DNA of 32,000 bases from Candidatus Saccharimonadota bacterium (GTDB lineage: Bacteria; Pseudomonadota; Gammaproteobacteria; Enterobacterales; Enterobacteriaceae). Made by a program: the position numbers and the translations under genes. The notes below the pieces were generated by a model. The model saw only the letters and a list, made by a program, of their open reading frames with translations. It searched no databases and was not told where the DNA came from. Within the stretch, counting starts at the first letter, position 1. The number at the start of each line of letters is the position of its first letter. The stretch spans positions 696,117 through 728,116 of the forward strand of contig NZ_CP046533.1 in the NCBI RefSeq assembly GCF_014857065.1, given 5' to 3'. Of this stretch, positions 29,771-32,000 are shown in pieces.

Positions 29771-30558
29771 TTATTTTAAATCTTAATATATTTAAGTTGC
29801 TAGTTTTGGGTATATATTTATTTATATACTACATTCAGATTTATTTATTGGTAATTATAATTTGAATATGTTCGTGATTTATTCTGTTATTGTTTTATTA
29901 AATTTAAGTGTTATTTTAGCTAGTTATTTTGATGATATTAATTGTGATTATATTAAAGAAAACAAATTTTATGCAATATTTAGAATAGATAGTATAACTT
30001 TATATAGTGTCTGTTTTATAGTAAAATTGTTGGAATTTTCCATTTTTTATAAATATTATAAAAGTGAGATATGGTTTTACATGATTTGATCAATAAACGA
30101 AATGTATCATCGTAGATTTTATTTCAGTTGTAGTAATTAGTTTATGATAATTTGAATTTATTTTAATATGGTATTATATTACCATGAAAATGTTAATCTA
30201 TCTGATGCTTGTTTATCTATTTTAATTTTTTATATTAATTTTAGATGTTTAGTGTATTTAGGTTTATTTTTATTATCTTTTAATTTAGGTTTAGGTTAAT
30301 TTCTTAATAATTTATGTAAGATATTTAGGTGCATGGATTAATTTACTGTGTTTTTTATGTTTGTGTTATTTTATTTTTTATGTTCTAATATTGCTCAATT
30401 TTGAATAAAATTTGATTTGAAATGATAATTGTATTGTTTTAAGAAAATGAATTTCATTCTTTAAGATTATATATGATAGTCAATTTAGTTCAAGATTCTT
30501 AATTTTATCTTTTATTATTAAGTTTTAGCATTTGAATTATAGTTGGGAATTGATATAT

Positions 30559-31464
30559 ATGCTGCGTATTGTTCTTTTTTTACTAACGAATCTATCTGTA
30601 ATGATAGTTTTTGGAATTGTTATGAGTTTTAGTGGCATTAAACCGTCTAATATTGTTGGTTTGATGATTATGGCTGGTACCTTAGGTTTCAGTGGAGCTG
30701 TAATTTCTCTTATGATGTCAAAGATTATGGCTCTTCGTTCTGTAGGTGGTGTTATTATTGATCAACCTTGTAATGAGACTGAAAGATGGTTATTACAAAT
30801 TGTGCGTTATCAATCTCAACAAATTGGTATAGTTGCGCCTCAAATTGCTATTTATTCTGCTATTGATCTTAATGCTTTTGCTACTGGTGCAAAAAAAAGT
30901 TCGTCATTGATTGCGGTTAGTACTGGTCTTTTGCAAAATATGAGCCGTGATGAAATTGAAGCTGTTATTGCACATGAAATTAGTCATATTTCTAATGGAG
31001 ATATGGTAACTATGACTTTAATTCAGGGTATTATTAATACTTTTATTATTTTTGTGTCTCGTACGTTAGCTCAAGTTGCATCCAATTTTATATCTTCAGA
31101 TCGTGAACGAGATGATAAAAATGATGGTAATCCGTTGGTATACTTTGCAGTATCAATGATATTGGAATTAGTATTTGGAATTTTAGCTAATCTGATTATA
31201 TTGTGGTTTTCACGTTATCGTGAATTTTATGCCGATGCTGGTTCTGCTAAGTTAGTTGGTCGTGAAAAAATGATAGCTGCTTTACAAAGATTAAAGATTA
31301 GTTGTGATCCGCAAGAAGTTAGTAGTATATTGACATTTTGTATTAATGGACGTAGTAATACTTATTTAAATGAGTTATTTATGTCTCATCCATCATTAGA
31401 TAAGCGTATTGAAGCGTTGCGTTCTGGTATTTATTTAAAAAAATCTTCTATTTTCTATGATTAA
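30559..31464 (+). CDS. htpX: Membrane zinc metalloprotease HtpX (M48)
   Basis: From ATG 30559 the product starts [18 protein letters not shown], as in E. coli HtpX (MMRIALFLLTNLAVM). It has the [18 protein letters not shown] zinc motif, NPL.YFAV...[34 protein letters not shown] and [11 protein letters not shown]. The 9 upstream codons of the track ORF (TTG 30532) have no counterpart. Confidence 0.95.
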   Translation: MLRIVLFLLTNLSVMIVFGIVMSFSGIKPSNIVGLMIMAGTLGFSGAVISLMMSKIMALRSVGGVIIDQPCNETERWLLQIVRYQSQQIGIVAPQIAIYSAIDLNAFATGAKKSSSLIAVSTGLLQNMSRDEIEAVIAHEISHISNGDMVTMTLIQGIINTFIIFVSRTLAQVASNFISSDRERDDKNDGNPLVYFAVSMILELVFGILANLIILWFSRYREFYADAGSAKLVGREKMIAALQRLKISCDPQEVSSILTFCINGRSNTYLNELFMSHPSLDKRIEALRSGIYLKKSSIFYD

Positions 31465-31745
31465 GATATAGTTAAAATTGTTTTATTATAGATGTGAGAT
31501 AGAGTTGTAGTTTAAAAATTTTAAATTTAGAATAGTTTATTGATTAAAATTATTTTTAGTTTATATTATTTGTTGCAAGATTTATTTTATAAATTTTGTT
31601 TATGTTAAATATTAAGTTTTACTTCTTGGAATAGTTAATATATAATTGCAATTGTAAGATCGTTTAAACATTCAATTAATTAATTTGTTTACGATTTTTC
31701 GTTTGTGTTCTGAAGTGGTTTAATATTCCAAAGGAAATATGTAAT

Positions 31746-31955
31746 ATGGCAAAGATAAAAGGTCAAGTAAAATGGTTTAATGAGTCTAAGGGTTTCGGTT
31801 TTATTACTCCAGTAGATGGTAGCAAAGATGTTTTTGTGCATTTTTCTGCTATTCAAGGTAATGGTTTTAAGACTTTATCTGAAGGTCAGAGCGTGGAATT
31901 TGAGATACAAGATGGCCAGAAAGGTCCTTCCGCTGTTAATGTTACTACTTTGTAA
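31746..31955 (+). CDS. cspC: Cold-shock-domain protein CspC
   Basis: The 69-aa product is [69 protein letters not shown]. It differs at only a few positions from E. coli CspC as I recall it, and is closer to CspC than to CspE. The RNP1 (KGFGFI) and RNP2 (VFVHF) motifs are present. AAGGAAA lies 8-9 nt upstream. Confidence 0.95.
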   Translation: MAKIKGQVKWFNESKGFGFITPVDGSKDVFVHFSAIQGNGFKTLSEGQSVEFEIQDGQKGPSAVNVTTL

Positions 31956-32000
31956 TTTTTGTAGTAAAGTCGGGTGAAGATTTGTATCGAATTAATCCCA

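Noticed and set aside
29862-30089. A 75-aa intergenic ORF (TTG start) lies downstream of zwf.
   Set aside because: It has no recognisable motif, an AT-biased low-complexity composition, no Shine-Dalgarno sequence and a non-ATG start. It is indistinguishable from a chance ORF. I also could not match it to edd/eda or other genes expected from synteny.
1-32000. I searched the whole window by eye for CRISPR-like regularly spaced repeats, IS/transposase or integrase ORFs, phage genes, toxin-antitoxin pairs, restriction-modification or other defence modules, and rRNA genes.
   Set aside because: I found none. Every ORF over 60 aa is either a recognisable housekeeping gene or an antisense or AT-driven artefact. 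No spaced direct-repeat array is present, so I make no claim of a novel system.

Overview
The window is a very AT-rich, gene-dense stretch of housekeeping genes, typical of a reduced Enterobacterales-derived insect endosymbiont. A Blochmannia- or Buchnera-like origin is my inference only; I ran no search. Gene content and local order follow what I recall of the E. coli K-12 map. Block 1 is rplY, folE, metG, gnd, hisIFAHBCDG (minus strand), sbcB, yeeX. Next come a gutQ-type arabinose-5-phosphate isomerase and three tRNA genes (Asn-GUU, Ser-CGA, Ser-GGA). Block 2 is mdtH, murJ. Block 3 is argS, aspS, mepM, zwf, htpX, cspC. All protein calls rest on my own recognition of the translated ORFs against remembered E. 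coli sequences and motifs, not on database hits. I found no CRISPR array, IS or transposase, integrase, phage gene, toxin-antitoxin pair or defence island, and I cannot defend any claim of a novel multi-gene system here. The most informative non-obvious signal is the 2.3 kb apparent gene desert between mepM and zwf. Read on the minus strand, it still carries recognisable, stop- and frameshift-riddled remains of hexR and pykA, and possibly a trace of lpxM. These sit in exactly the E. coli order and orientation. Other points of note: a statistically improbable perfect 23-bp inverted repeat just upstream of folE, a his operon with no leader or attenuator, three tRNA genes with no encoded CCA, and long in-frame poly(A) tracts. 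Several ORF-track starts (TTG/GTG extensions) look too long.
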